In this document: piece after piece, positions 1 to 11,008 of the stretch | Layout of the letters: each line of letters starts with the position of its first letter | How positions within the stretch are numbered: the first letter of the stretch is position 1 | NCBI GenBank assembly: GCA_028534125.1 | Contig: CM052818.1 | Location: 11,596,001-11,660,000, forward strand | Direction of reading: 5' to 3' | DNA: 64,000 bases | Source of the DNA: Lama glama | Lineage: Eukaryota | Notes under the pieces: model-generated | Told to the model about the DNA's origin: nothing | Seen by the model: only the letters and a program-made list of their open reading frames with translations | The model's database searches: none | Translations under genes and position numbers: made by a program

Positions 1-497
1 AGATACAGGAAAAGAAGGCACTCATATATGAAATGCAATCATGTCTCTTCTCTAGGAGCTCAACAATCTGAAAAGGTGATGTATCCCAAACAACGAGAAA
101 ATAAGAAGAGGTAAAAGATAAGAAGAGGCGGAGAAGCAGTCATGGGTTTTCTAAAACCACCCCACTGGTTATTCTGTAAGCAATTAAATACATACTCAGA
201 AGTGTTGAGTTTAGAATTAGAGCACCAACCATATGCAGTTAATATAAATAGCAGCATGAGGTACAGGATATTCAGCAAGTGTGGAAAACTCACCAAAGTA
301 ATAGCATAGCCACAGTAGATTGAGAATCTGGAAGCCCAGAAAGCAGCTGAATCAGTATTCATGAAATGTAAAGGAAACAATTATGGTTTCCAGAATTTAC
401 CTTCAAGCAAAATCTAAGTGAAATCATTCTTTCTTAAGCGCATTTAAATTCTAAGGTCCATGTGGCCTTCAGATCGTTTGGAGATGTGTAGCCTTTG

Positions 498-607
498 CCA
501 ATTATTCTCAAACCCAGCGACTCCCAGACTAAGATCTTTGTAAAATGCAGATCTCTGGGTCCCAGCCTTTGGGATTTTTATTCAGTACATTTTATGTGGA
601 GCAATGG
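498..607 (+). mobile_element. MER5-family hAT-Charlie MITE, left part
   Basis: ttctcaaaccc...aaaatgcagatctctgggtcccagcc...attcagta matches the first two thirds of MER5A/B. Confidence 0.65.
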
Positions 608-614
608 GTACTCA

Positions 615-1990
615 CTATGGAATATTTGGCAAATGAAATATGAAAAAGCAGAAAGAAAACCCATCACCTATAAAGCCACTGTCTGTGAACCCATCCATCT
701 TTTTATTTATGCACATCTTTTTATCTATGAATGTACAAATTTTTCAAGTCAATAATATTTTCAATAACTTTGGGGAGGTCACTCCACAAAAATGTAAGTG
801 AAAAAGAAATATATGCTTATGGCTAAAACCCAACACACTATGTATCAACCCAAATAAAAACATGAGAGAATGCTCCTGCTACCCCTCAAAAGCTGCTCTC
901 ACAGAGTTATTGTTAAATACAGATGTATCTTTATAGTCTTTATTTTACAGTCTTTGCCACACCGGGGGGCGGGGTTTAGGGCAAGGTGTGTCCGACCCTC
1001 TTCTACCCGCTCTGATGTGGTTTTCTCCTTGTTTGTGAAGGATGGAGTTGTCACTCAGCTGGCCGTTAGGGTTTTTTTAAATAGGAAATTGTTCTGTATG
1101 TAGCTGTAGACTCAGTGTGTCCATGGGAGGCAGTAAGTTCAGAATCTTCCTGTATCACCGTTTCGAGTCTCTTACCCTTTATGTATTCACTTTTAATTTA
1201 ATTGTGCATGTATTTTACATAATCAAAATTGGACTACACAGATTGTTCTGTGAATTGACTTTTTCACTTCATGTCATTCTGATTTATATCTAGATCTACC
1301 TAAAACTATCTATTTTTCTTATTGTTTTGAATGGCTATATAGTATTCCACAGTATAAATAAATGATCATAATTATTTTAGCCTTTACTATGCCTTTACTA
1401 TTGTTCCTAATGTATTAATTTTACCAAAAAATCTGTAAATATGTATGTATCTTCACTTACATGAAGCTTTTTTGCAGTATAGATTAGAAATGGAATTTCT
1501 GTATCAGAAGTATGTGAATTTAAAATTTTAATAGACACTGAAAAATTGTTCTTTCAAAAGGCTATGTCATTTTCTATTCTCACCCACAAAAATTACAAGA
1601 GGACCCATTTCTCCACAACTCCTTGACGCTAAATATTTTTCATAGTTTAAAATGTTACCAATCTATTGTATGAAAAATGGTATCTCATTTTTCATTTTCA
1701 TTCTCAGCCTCATATCCTATGTCTATTAGCCATCCTCATTTCTTCTATGAATTGCCTGTTTGTACCCTACACGCATTTTTGTATTGTGTGATTTATCCTT
1801 TTCTTATGACTTTCTAAAAGCTCTCTATTTGACTTTCAACTTTGTATAATGTAAATACACAGAGGCTTTTTGTCTGTTCCTTAGAATATTCTTTCCCAAC
1901 TGACAGCTACAAAAAAATCATCTCATATTTTTATGGTTGCTAAAGTTTAGATTTTTGAATATCTCTGGAATTTATTTTTATGTACAATAT
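615..1990 (-). mobile_element. Old L1 (L1ME-like) 3' region
   Basis: Antisense L1M motifs: tatagtattccac, ttttaatagacactg...aaaaggctatg, ccatttctccacaac, atggtatctcattt, atgaattgcctgttt. Confidence 0.7.
935..1165 (-). mobile_element. L1 5'-end fragment (Laurasiatherian type) nested in the older L1
   Basis: gtagctgtagactcagtgtgtccatgggaggcagtaagttcagaatcttcct is the reverse complement of the recalled L1 5' terminus (…ggaagatcctgaactcacctcctcccacggacacaccgaatctacagctac). GC/CpG-richer than its flanks. Confidence 0.65.
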
Positions 1991-1994
1991 AAAA

Positions 1995-2057
1995 ATGTGT
2001 ATTTTTTAAAAATTTCCTCAAGTGATTCTTCTTACTATCCAAATTCAGCAACCACTG
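1995..2057 (+). mobile_element. MER5-family MITE, right part
   Basis: gtattttttaaaaatttcctcaagtgattct...gcaaccactg matches the MER5B 3' end. Confidence 0.6.
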
Positions 2058-2069
2058 CCATGGATTGCA

Positions 2070-2270
2070 ATGGAGCCCAAATGCTTGGGGTTGAATCCTG
2101 GCAATCCTTTTTACTACATTGTTCATCTGTAAACTTGAGATACTATATTCGTCTCACAGGATTGTGGGAAGATTAAATGAGATAAGAAATATAAACAGCC
2201 TAGCATGATGTTTCCCTCAAAGAAAACACTCAATCAACATCAGCTGCTAGTGTCATTAGCATTATTATTT
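2070..2270 (+). mobile_element. MIR SINE
   Basis: gggttgaatcctggc, catctgtaaa, ctcacaggattgtgggaagattaaatgagata core. Confidence 0.8.
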
Positions 2271-3183
2271 TAACACAGCTCAAACACCTGGCTTTCGTAT
2301 TTAACTCAAAGTGCCTTTCTACTTCCCAAATTTCTCTCAAAACTAAGGGCTGTGTCCTGATAAAGGTTTTCATGGGATGATCCCCTATACAGAGCCAAGG
2401 GCTCCTTAAGGAAATGCCACTTTAAAACTTTATATATTTTTATTTCCTTGGTCACCAGACGATTTCTAAAGTAGCTGAACCCTGAGGGTCTTAAGAGCAA
2501 AGTGCTGGCTGATGCCAGTTGGTTACAGTTCAGAATTTTGAGTGCTGCTGGCCATGCTTTGCTTAATCAAAGAACTTGTCTGGCAATTAACTACATATTT
2601 TAAGACTTGTGCGTAACCTCTGTCTGGAAGCCCAGCCTGTCTGGTGGCCCCTGACGAGTCTGAGACTGTCTCCAATGGACAAAGGGAGGGCCTGGTAGCT
2701 CATCCCTCTGAGAGAGCAGAGAACACACCCCTGGTCTATGCCAGTCATGATGACAAGCAGAGATAACCCACAGGGAAAAAGCCAAGCTCCTGAGGACCCT
2801 CAGGCTGTGAGAAGACCCCAGTCCCTCTTTTCCATTGTCCTTCTAACTAGTTACTCTACTTTTTGGCCAAAGATCTTTGGGTCTCTGGAGGACAAGAGGT
2901 GACATTAAAGCCTGCTTGTGCCTTATCCACACTTTGTGAGTCCAGCTCCCTATCAAAGTCCACTTAAAATTTTTTTAAAGGAACTATTCCTAGCTCCACC
3001 TCTAAGAGCAGGAAATAATCTCTTATCAGGGAAGATTCAGGAAGGGTATTATATTTTGTCCAGCACCAGTGCACAGTGTAGCATTCTATAAGTATCCGTG
3101 GTTATCGTGGTTATTAGATAAACAATATTAGATAAAGATTTCTAGATAAATAATACTATTAAGACATAATATTTATTGAACAC

Positions 3184-3576
3184 TGTCTTAGTCTGTTGGG
3201 GTACTATAACAAAATATCACAGACTGGGTAGATTAATAAACAGAAATTTATTTCTCATAGTTCTGGAGGCTAGGAAGTCTGAGATGGAAGTCTGGGCAGA
3301 TTCAGTGTCTAGTGAGGGCCTCCTTTCTGGACTGTCAACAGCCACCTTCTAGCTATGTCCTCACATGTCTTTCCTCCGTGGGGCTCCTTAAGAGACAGAA
3401 ATCTCTCTCTCTCTCCCCCTCTTTTTATAAGAGCACTCATCTTATCATAAAGGTCCAACTCTTATGATCTAATCTAAACCTAATTACCTCACAAATACCC
3501 CACCTCTTAATACCATCATATTAGGAGATAGGGCTTCCCATGAATTTTGGGAAGTACATAGTTTCAGCCCATTTTA
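3184..3576 (-). mobile_element. MaLR solo LTR (MLT1A-like)
   Basis: tgtcttagtctgtt...ataacaaaatatcacagactgggt...aaacagaaatttatttctcatagttctggaggct...tgaattttggg. Confidence 0.9.
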
Positions 3577-3760
3577 AGTATTTACTGTGAGTCAGGCACC
3601 ATGCTAAGTACTTTACATGTATTATCTCAATTAATCCTCTCAGCCACCCTTTGAAGCAGATCTATTTATTTTCCACAATATACAGAGGAGAAATCAATGG
3701 GAGGCACAATATACAGAGAAATACAACGAGTAATAGGATCAAGGTCAGAGTTCATATGCG
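3577..3760 (-). mobile_element. MIR SINE; its tail lies at ~3165-3183, split by the MLT1 LTR
   Basis: atttattgaacac [LTR] tttactgtgagtcaggcaccatgctaagtactttacatgtattatctcaattaatcctc. Confidence 0.75.
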
Positions 3761-3946
3761 GTGCACTGATTCAAAAACCTTAACCCCCATGATGAAAGTG
3801 TCTGCCCTGCTGCCATACTGATCTAGCAGGGAAAAGAGATAACTTTCCTTTTCAAAAAACTTCAAGCAAGACTTGTCTGTTTTCTTAAAAAGCTTTTCTC
3901 TTTCTCTGTCTCTCCAACCCTTACCACTTAAAACAACAAAACACAA

Positions 3947-4135
3947 CCATGTGAAGACACAGGGAGAAGACGGCCATCTGCAAGCCAAGGAGGGAGACCT
4001 TGGAAGAAACCAAGCCTGCTGACTCCTTGACTTCAAACCTCCAGCCTCCAGAACTAGTGAGAAAATAAATCTCTGTTGTTTAAGCTGCCCAGTCCGTATG
4101 GTGTTTTATCATGGCAGCCCTACCAAACTAGCACA
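3947..4135 (+). mobile_element. MaLR LTR 3' half (MLT1A/B-like)
   Basis: ccatgtgaagacacagggagaagacggccatctgcaagccaagg...cagcctccagaactagtgagaaaataaatctctgttgtttaagc. Confidence 0.9.
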
Positions 4136-4718
4136 CCAGTATTTCTGTCAAAGGGAGACAGGAGACAGGAGACAAAGGGAGACAGAATGGGGGGTTCATG
4201 GGAATTTTATTCTAACTCATGGCTTCTATAGAGGCTACTAGGAATTTGCAAGAATTTATTCAAGTAAGGGATTAAAGTGAGAGTCTAAAGGATACAAAGA
4301 TATTTTTACTTGAAAAATTCCAATTTCCATAACCAGGATTTTTTAATCCCCTGGACACAGATAGGCAGATATTTTTTTCTCTCTCTGTCTCTCTCTTTCT
4401 CTGTCTTCCGCCTCGTGTTAACATTTTGTTCACCACCTTTACTGTGATTGGCCCATCTTCTCCACAGGTGGATAGGTGTGCCGATTAGACTCTGAATACA
4501 TCTGACAATAGAGAAATGAGTCAACTAGAGACACAACATGAGGTTCTAACTGGTAAACTTAACATCCAGTTCAGATTATATACGGGCTGAGCAGCACAAG
4601 TACAAGAAATCAACTAATTCCTGCTACTTGCGGTTTACCCACTCACATTACCTCATCACAGCCATGTCTCCTCTTTTGCCATCAGTCCGTGATGCTGGGA
4701 GCAAACTCAAACACTGAC

Positions 4719-4896
4719 CTGTGCTGGAACGTTCTCCGCATCATAGCCGTACTCCCCCAGGAGCTGTGGGGTAACTGGCGTTATGCCAGGAAAAGTTGGC
4801 CTCCCCTCATTCCTGCTCACTAATAACCTCTCCTTGCTTTTGTTTGGATCTGAATGACCTCAACCCTTCACAAGAGTTGTCTTTTTTTTTTTCCCT
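4719..4896 (-). ncRNA. Candidate non-coding exon, 178 nt
   Basis: Minus strand reads tctgccattttgtattcccatAG|AGGGAAA...TTCCAGCACAG|GTcagt. Stops in all three frames, local CpG retention, no repeat similarity. Confidence 0.6.
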
Positions 4897-4968
4897 CTAT
4901 GGGAATACAAAATGGCAGATAACCCAAAGAAATGCATATAATTTAGATGTAAAATAAAATCTACTTAC

Positions 4969-5290
4969 TAGTGTGTGTGTGCGTGCCTGTGAGTCTCATT
5001 GGCACACACCAGATTGGACTAAATGGCAGGAATTTCCCAAGGGAAGATAACCTCCAGATACTGCTACAAAAGCTTTATTCCCCACACTCTGCAAATTATT
5101 TAATTTAAACACTGCTTGATATGACTCTCTGAGGAGAAGGCTGTTTTCCGAGATCCATTTTTAATTTGTTGGTGTGTATATGCAAGTGTGCATATAGAAT
5201 CGGCCTCACAAACACGTTCACAGCTACAGAGACTAAGCACAAGCTTCTGATTGGCAGAACTGGGGGCTGCAAATTGCTGTCTAAGACTAG
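4969..5290 (-). promoter_or_regulatory. Candidate second alternative promoter/first exon
   Basis: Two CCAAT boxes on the minus strand (plus-strand agattgg ~5011, ctgattggc ~5248) and donor CTA|GTAAGT at 4969/4968. Confidence 0.3.
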
Positions 5291-6465
5291 GAAAATGATG
5301 AAATGCACATGTAATTTATTCTCTTTTTTTTTTTTTTTTGGTGAGGAAAAACACAGAGGTTCAGTTGTTCACGTCCTAAGGTCCCTATTCCTACTTTCCA
5401 TTTCCTTGGGACACAACTAAATATTTTTTAAAAGCACATGTGTGCATGCACATGTGTGTGTACACGCACCATAGTTAATTTCTCACAGTAGAAAATGATC
5501 CCACACATTGATGCACTTTACTAAAGCAAGAGAAGCAATGCTAAGGTTAAAGACTCCATTTCCATCAGCATTGGGGAGTGCTGTATCATGGGTTAGGGAG
5601 ATAATTTATAGCATTCTTTTAATCTTTCTGCTTCTTCCACTAGCTTAACTTCTACTGCCTTTCTACTCCATATTAATCAGGAAGGGATACCCCGTGTAAC
5701 AAAACCCTGAGAGTTTTATTATGTATTTTGCCAAATTTCATCATGAAAAATCTTGCCTTTTTAGAGAGTTTATAGGTCCCATTAAAAGACCCAAATGAAT
5801 TTCTCCCCTAGGCAGAATTTCATTACATAAGGTTTCACAGAAGGGCTCACCCTGCCACAAATGCAGACTTGCACACACAGGGCCCACAGTGGAAACAGTC
5901 TTGTTATCTTGGCTAAATCAATTTAAAAGCAAATAAGCATTCGACAATAATTTTAATATTAACTTACTCTTCTTGCTGCTTCATCAGAGTAAGCTAAAAG
6001 CGTGTGAACTCCCTCTCACCCTTCCCCAGGCCTCCTCTAGTTCTCTCCCTATGCGGTACCCTCAGCACAGGTAAAGTGACCTCCTTCCTCCCACCAGCCT
6101 AGCTATTTATTGACATAAGCTTGCATTCTGGGGCATTATCAGCTTAATGCATAATTCAAAAATCTCGTGCATGTGGCCTGCACTTTTGCCTTATTCCCTG
6201 CATTCTAAATGAAAGATAAGAGGAAGCATTTCCAAAGTGGGCACACAAAAGGCTTCCTGAACATTGACCACACCCCTCCCCAGGCCAACCCACCCCCACC
6301 CCACCCCTCAGATCCTGCCTGCCTTGCAGCTCCCACACACCCTCACCAGGGTGACCCCCTGAGAAGCAAACCATCCCAGGGATGAAGGGAAAGTTTACAC
6401 TGAGCGGGGACCGAGAACCTTTGGGAAGAAGAGGTCTCTAAAAGTGGAAAAATTACAATTGTTAC

Positions 6466-6527
6466 CTTCAGAGTCATAGTCTAGCCCGGCAGCCAGATGT
6501 TTTCAGCAAAGCAATTGTTTCAAGTCT
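6466..6527 (-). ncRNA. Candidate non-coding exon, 62 nt
   Basis: Minus strand reads gtttttctttgtttgaattacAG|AGACTTGAAAC...ATGACTCTGAAG|GTaaca. Stops in all frames; G-runs in the downstream intron. Confidence 0.6.
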
Positions 6528-6592
6528 CTGTAATTCAAACAAAGAAAAACTAGCTTTAGGATGTGTATTTTCCCCTCAGTGGGCAGGGTTAC

Positions 6593-6800
6593 CTGTGTGT
6601 GCGATGGGAGCGGCGAGGGGAGGGTGAATAGGAAGACCAGGGCAGGTGGAAAAGGGTTCTCAACTTGTCTGAGTGAAGAAGAAAAGGGAAAGCCGGAGGG
6701 AAGAAAGAGGGCAGGACAAAAAGGCAAGAGAGAGAGTGAAGGGTTAGGGTGCACACTGACTAGGGAAGAGAGAGGAGTCTGAGAAGAGAGGGCTTCGAGA
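6593..6800 (-). promoter_or_regulatory. Candidate alternative first exon / promoter-proximal pyrimidine-rich leader
   Basis: Strongly pyrimidine-rich on the minus strand, with a CpG cluster at 6600-6620, ending in donor CACAG|GTAACC at 6593/6592. An internal acceptor (ttcttcactcAG) lies near 6669. Confidence 0.4.
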
Positions 6801-9800
6801 TCAACTGTATTAGAAGGTTAATTCAGTCAAAATCAATTCAGTAAAAGTGGCTCCAGAGATTTTTCTCCCCGTACTGAATTGACTGCCTTCTGATTGAATT
6901 GATTAAATTAACTAGTTTTTTTTTTTTAATGATGTGTGAAAAAAGAGAAAATGAGTAGATAAGCCCACCTGCAAATATACAGATCCAGGTAACCTGGGTG
7001 CTCTGATTTGAACAAATGAACAACCTGGCCAGTATAAAAACACACACACACATGTATGCATAAGCTTATGTGTGTGGCAACACGGAATTTTGCGAAAAGT
7101 GCCATTGCTGCCCCCCAGAATATTCAAAAGCATACTGTAAACCTACATACACATAATATGTATCCTGAGTTTTGTTCTTTCTATGGGCCAAAAGTTAATT
7201 GTCTTTTTTGAAAGTGGTTTAACCCTGATGGAGAAAGTACACTATATAAATGCACCAGTGTCATTTATCAGCACCTTTTTTAAAAGTAAGGTTCACCTTC
7301 CCTAATGCACTTCTGCCAAAGTCAGGAAATGATGCTAAAAATCATAAGGTCACCAATATCATTTGGACTTATTACTAAATATGAGATTCTAGTAGATGCT
7401 TTTTACATGCCTTTTCAGTCCACCAAGCAATAATTTCTCCTTTTTTTATAAATACATGAATTATTAAAAAATTAAAGACATTTAGAATAATGGTCCTCCA
7501 TACGCAAAGTATTTATTTCAACTTTCATCATTCATAGTTTATTGCATTGATTTTTTTCATCAGTTTACTTAGTATTAGGCTTCCACTGAACTCATCAATA
7601 AGAAATGAATTTTGGTAACTTTCAAATCCACTATATTATTTTTCCTTTTATTTGTAGTGAATTTTTCTTTTCTCAGTGGTATTACTGCAATAAGCCAGTC
7701 ATTATTTCTTTATGTTTTCCCTTCTTTCTTTAGTATTTCATTTCCCTTTACAGCACATCTTGTGATCGCAAAGAAAACAGAGACACTTATTTCTTTTAAC
7801 AGTTGAAATTGCTGCAAGTGATTTAGCTGTCATTTAATTTGATTCCTCTCTTCTGTCTGTGGAGAAATATGTTTAATGTACTGGAAATTATGTTAATAAG
7901 AAAAAGCATTATCTCATTTAATGAAATAAATATACAAATATTTCAAAATAAAATAAAGAGGCAATCTTCACTGAGAAAAATGTCTCTTATGGTTTGCATA
8001 AAATAAACAAATGAGAAAAAAATCACGAATATATTGAAACACTGACAAAAATTATGCCTCCACTCAAAAAGGGAAGGGAAGCTTGTTAACTGAATTAGCC
8101 ACAATTTAATCAAATATATTTTGGAAAAATCTGAGCATATATGAAAGATCAAATCATTAAGTTTATATTTCTGATTACCTCAAAAAAGATCATTTTATTT
8201 TTCTGTAATGGGCTCTAGGCTTTTGAAAGTTTTCTATGTATTTTTTCTCTTCTATTTCAATTGGTCTTTCAATGATTGCTACTACTTGAATTAATAATTA
8301 TCAGCAATCTCATTGAAAATGTGACCCAACCAATGTAACTATAAAGAAAGGTTAGAATTCCTTTGATTTTGCTAATCAAAACAGAGTCAATGAACTCGTT
8401 CCAAAGCTTTTATATATTAAAATTTATCTAATGCACAAAAAGGTTAAATAAATATTGTTAGTGATTTGAGCAAAACTTGAAGCAATTATGTAATAAAAGC
8501 ATGACCACAGTAACAGAAACACATAATTAGCAATTTAATTACTGGCATGAAGACAAGCTAAAGATGTCAATAAAAAAAAAAAATCTTTAGTGACAAGCCG
8601 ATTTTACTCTTTACTGCCATTTGTGAGAAATATTCACCACCTGACGAGTAAAACCATTTTTTATACAAACTACCTACCCCTCCACAAACTAAAATACCCG
8701 ATTAAAAATATTTCTGATTTCATTTCATTGCATCGTGAATCATTACATTTTTCTCCCATTTAGATTAGCACTTTCTCTTCTCTGAAAATACAATATTTCC
8801 AGTCGGCAAGTAAAGAACATTATGTTTTTTTTAGATCAGTTAAAGTAGCAGGTGTTCTTTGTTTCAATTTCACTTTTTTTCTAGCTTCAATAATGTGTTT
8901 GACAGAAATGCTTCGTTGTGTATGACATTCCAAATATCCTATCTGTTCTTATCTCCTACGTTTCAGCTAAAAAATACACATAAACTGTGGATTGTTTTAA
9001 AAGGAGATAAATGCCAGCGGTAGTAGGAATAGTCAGGCTAATTAGGCATTCCTCTAGGGCTTTCACAATTTGTTTTTCTCCTCCATCTCTGAATTGAGAG
9101 TTATGGTGGGAAGTAGAGGAGAGAAATGAGTAAGTTTCTTTTATTGTGATGTGGTCCACTTGTATTTTTTCAGCACCATCCTAAATTTCAGATTTTTAAA
9201 GTCTTGAACTACTTATCTTAACGTGTTCAGTGAATGCTTACTACCTTATATGTCACTGGTATCTCACCAGTAGCAGAAAACAGATATTTCAAGATAGAAC
9301 CATATTGAAAGAAGTTTTTCATCTTGTGACAAAAAGTGAATCATCTTGGCCGGTTTTCAATAGCCACTTGTGTAAGCCCAGTGCACCGAGTGAAATCATG
9401 AAAGTCAGACTTGCTAAGAGTTTTGTCTTATATAATGACCCTTAGGCCATGATGGAATACACTTTAAGAAATGAACTCTAGCCACTCAGAACAGAATAAA
9501 CAATAATTCCTAATAACATTGCCTTTTGTAATTAACCTACTGATTCTAATCATTTTGACATATGGTTCCAATCAGATATCTTAACTAAATATTCCAGTTT
9601 TGAAAGAAGGGTATATAAGACAAACTCAAAGTTTCTAAGGAAACTGAAAATGGGCTAAATATGAAGAGAGCAAATAATTGGGAAATAACTTTTTTGGAAC
9701 CTCTTGCCTAATTGGTTACTAGAACCACTCACTTCTGACACCTATTTTCATCACAGGTCCCTCGCTTCCACAAAAAGTTCCCTTCTCTAGTTAGCATTTG

Positions 9801-9949
9801 ATCACTGTTCATTACATATCACCATCAGCTTTTAAGTTTCTGTTTGAACCATAAACCTAAACTTACATGGATTTTTCAACTGTAATCATCTAGGCTTGAA
9901 ACCTTCTTTCCTTCTACATTTTTCTGGTACAGAAACAAGTTGTCATTGA

Positions 9950-10380
9950 CAAGCATGTTCATTTACAAACCTCCATGGAAGACTTCCTGTATCATCCATT
10001 ATGGATGATGGCCAAGCACCTGCCTTTGAGAAGCTTACTGTCTAGTTAAGAATATAGTGTGCCAAAGGTAAGATCTCATCATAATTCAAGTATATCATAT
10101 CAAGTTATGATAAATGCCAAACAGTTGACACAATAAATATAAGAAGGGTCATAAAATAAAGGGAACACAGTGTCTTTGTGGGTAGACCCATTTATAAGTG
10201 GGTGCTGTGGCGAGAATTCTACAAGGCTTTAAAATGCAACATCCTATTTGAATTCATGAGCTAAACAGCCCCTTGCAGAGGTAAAGAACCCAAGATTCAA
10301 AGAGGTGAGGTAATTTACCCAAATAAAAATGTATTCAAATGCGGACTCAATTATTGTTCTGCTGACTCTAAGCTCTATGT
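9950..10380 (-). mobile_element. Degraded L2 and MIR fragments
   Basis: cctgcctttgagaagcttactgtctagtt (L2); gcagaggtaaagaacccaagattcaaagaggtgaggtaatttaccc...ctgactctaagctc (MIR). Confidence 0.55.
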
Positions 10381-10655
10381 ATAAATAAGAAAGCACTGGA
10401 GATAAAGGAATGAGCAAGGAAGTATGTTAGGTGGAGAGGAAGGGAAGGGATTCAGGAAACATGTGCAGGACAAAGGTTGGTTGTTTACCTTGGGAGAGAA
10501 GTGAGACAAAGATTGGAAACCAAAAAGGTGGGAACAAGAGAAAACCTCTGGGCAGTGAGGAGTCTTGGATGGTTTCTGAACAGAATGCTAGCATGATGAA
10601 TACAGAGTAAAGCAGGAATTTGAAAGGTGAGATTCAAAAGGCGAAAGGTGGATGC

Positions 10656-11008
10656 TGTTCATTCTCCAGCGGGACTCCTTTCCGCCAGGGGCAGCCCTGC
10701 CCTGGCTGCTGGGAGTGTTGGCTGCTGAAGACCCTCAGCTGCCCTCTTTTCTGCAGAACTGTCCTCAGCCTACAGGATCCAGTTCACTAGAGGTGTTCAG
10801 ACGCCCTCCCCTATCAACCCATACAAGGGCTGCCTGATACAGGGGTACAAAAGCCAGCTCCTTCAACTTGAGGGACATCAACTTTGTGTGGTAAATTGAA
10901 GCTACCTACTAGCTGAAGCCACATGCCCTGTCCTGCTTTCTCATTCTCTCTCTCCTCTTGAGTACATCCTTGTCTCAGCGTCTGCTGCTAGGAAACCTGA
11001 CCCAAGAG
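10656..11008 (+). mobile_element. ERVL solo LTR (LTR16-like)
   Basis: ctgggagtgttggctgctga...tgatacaggggtacaaaagcc...gtctcagcgtctgctgctaggaaacctgacccaaga terminus. Confidence 0.75.
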
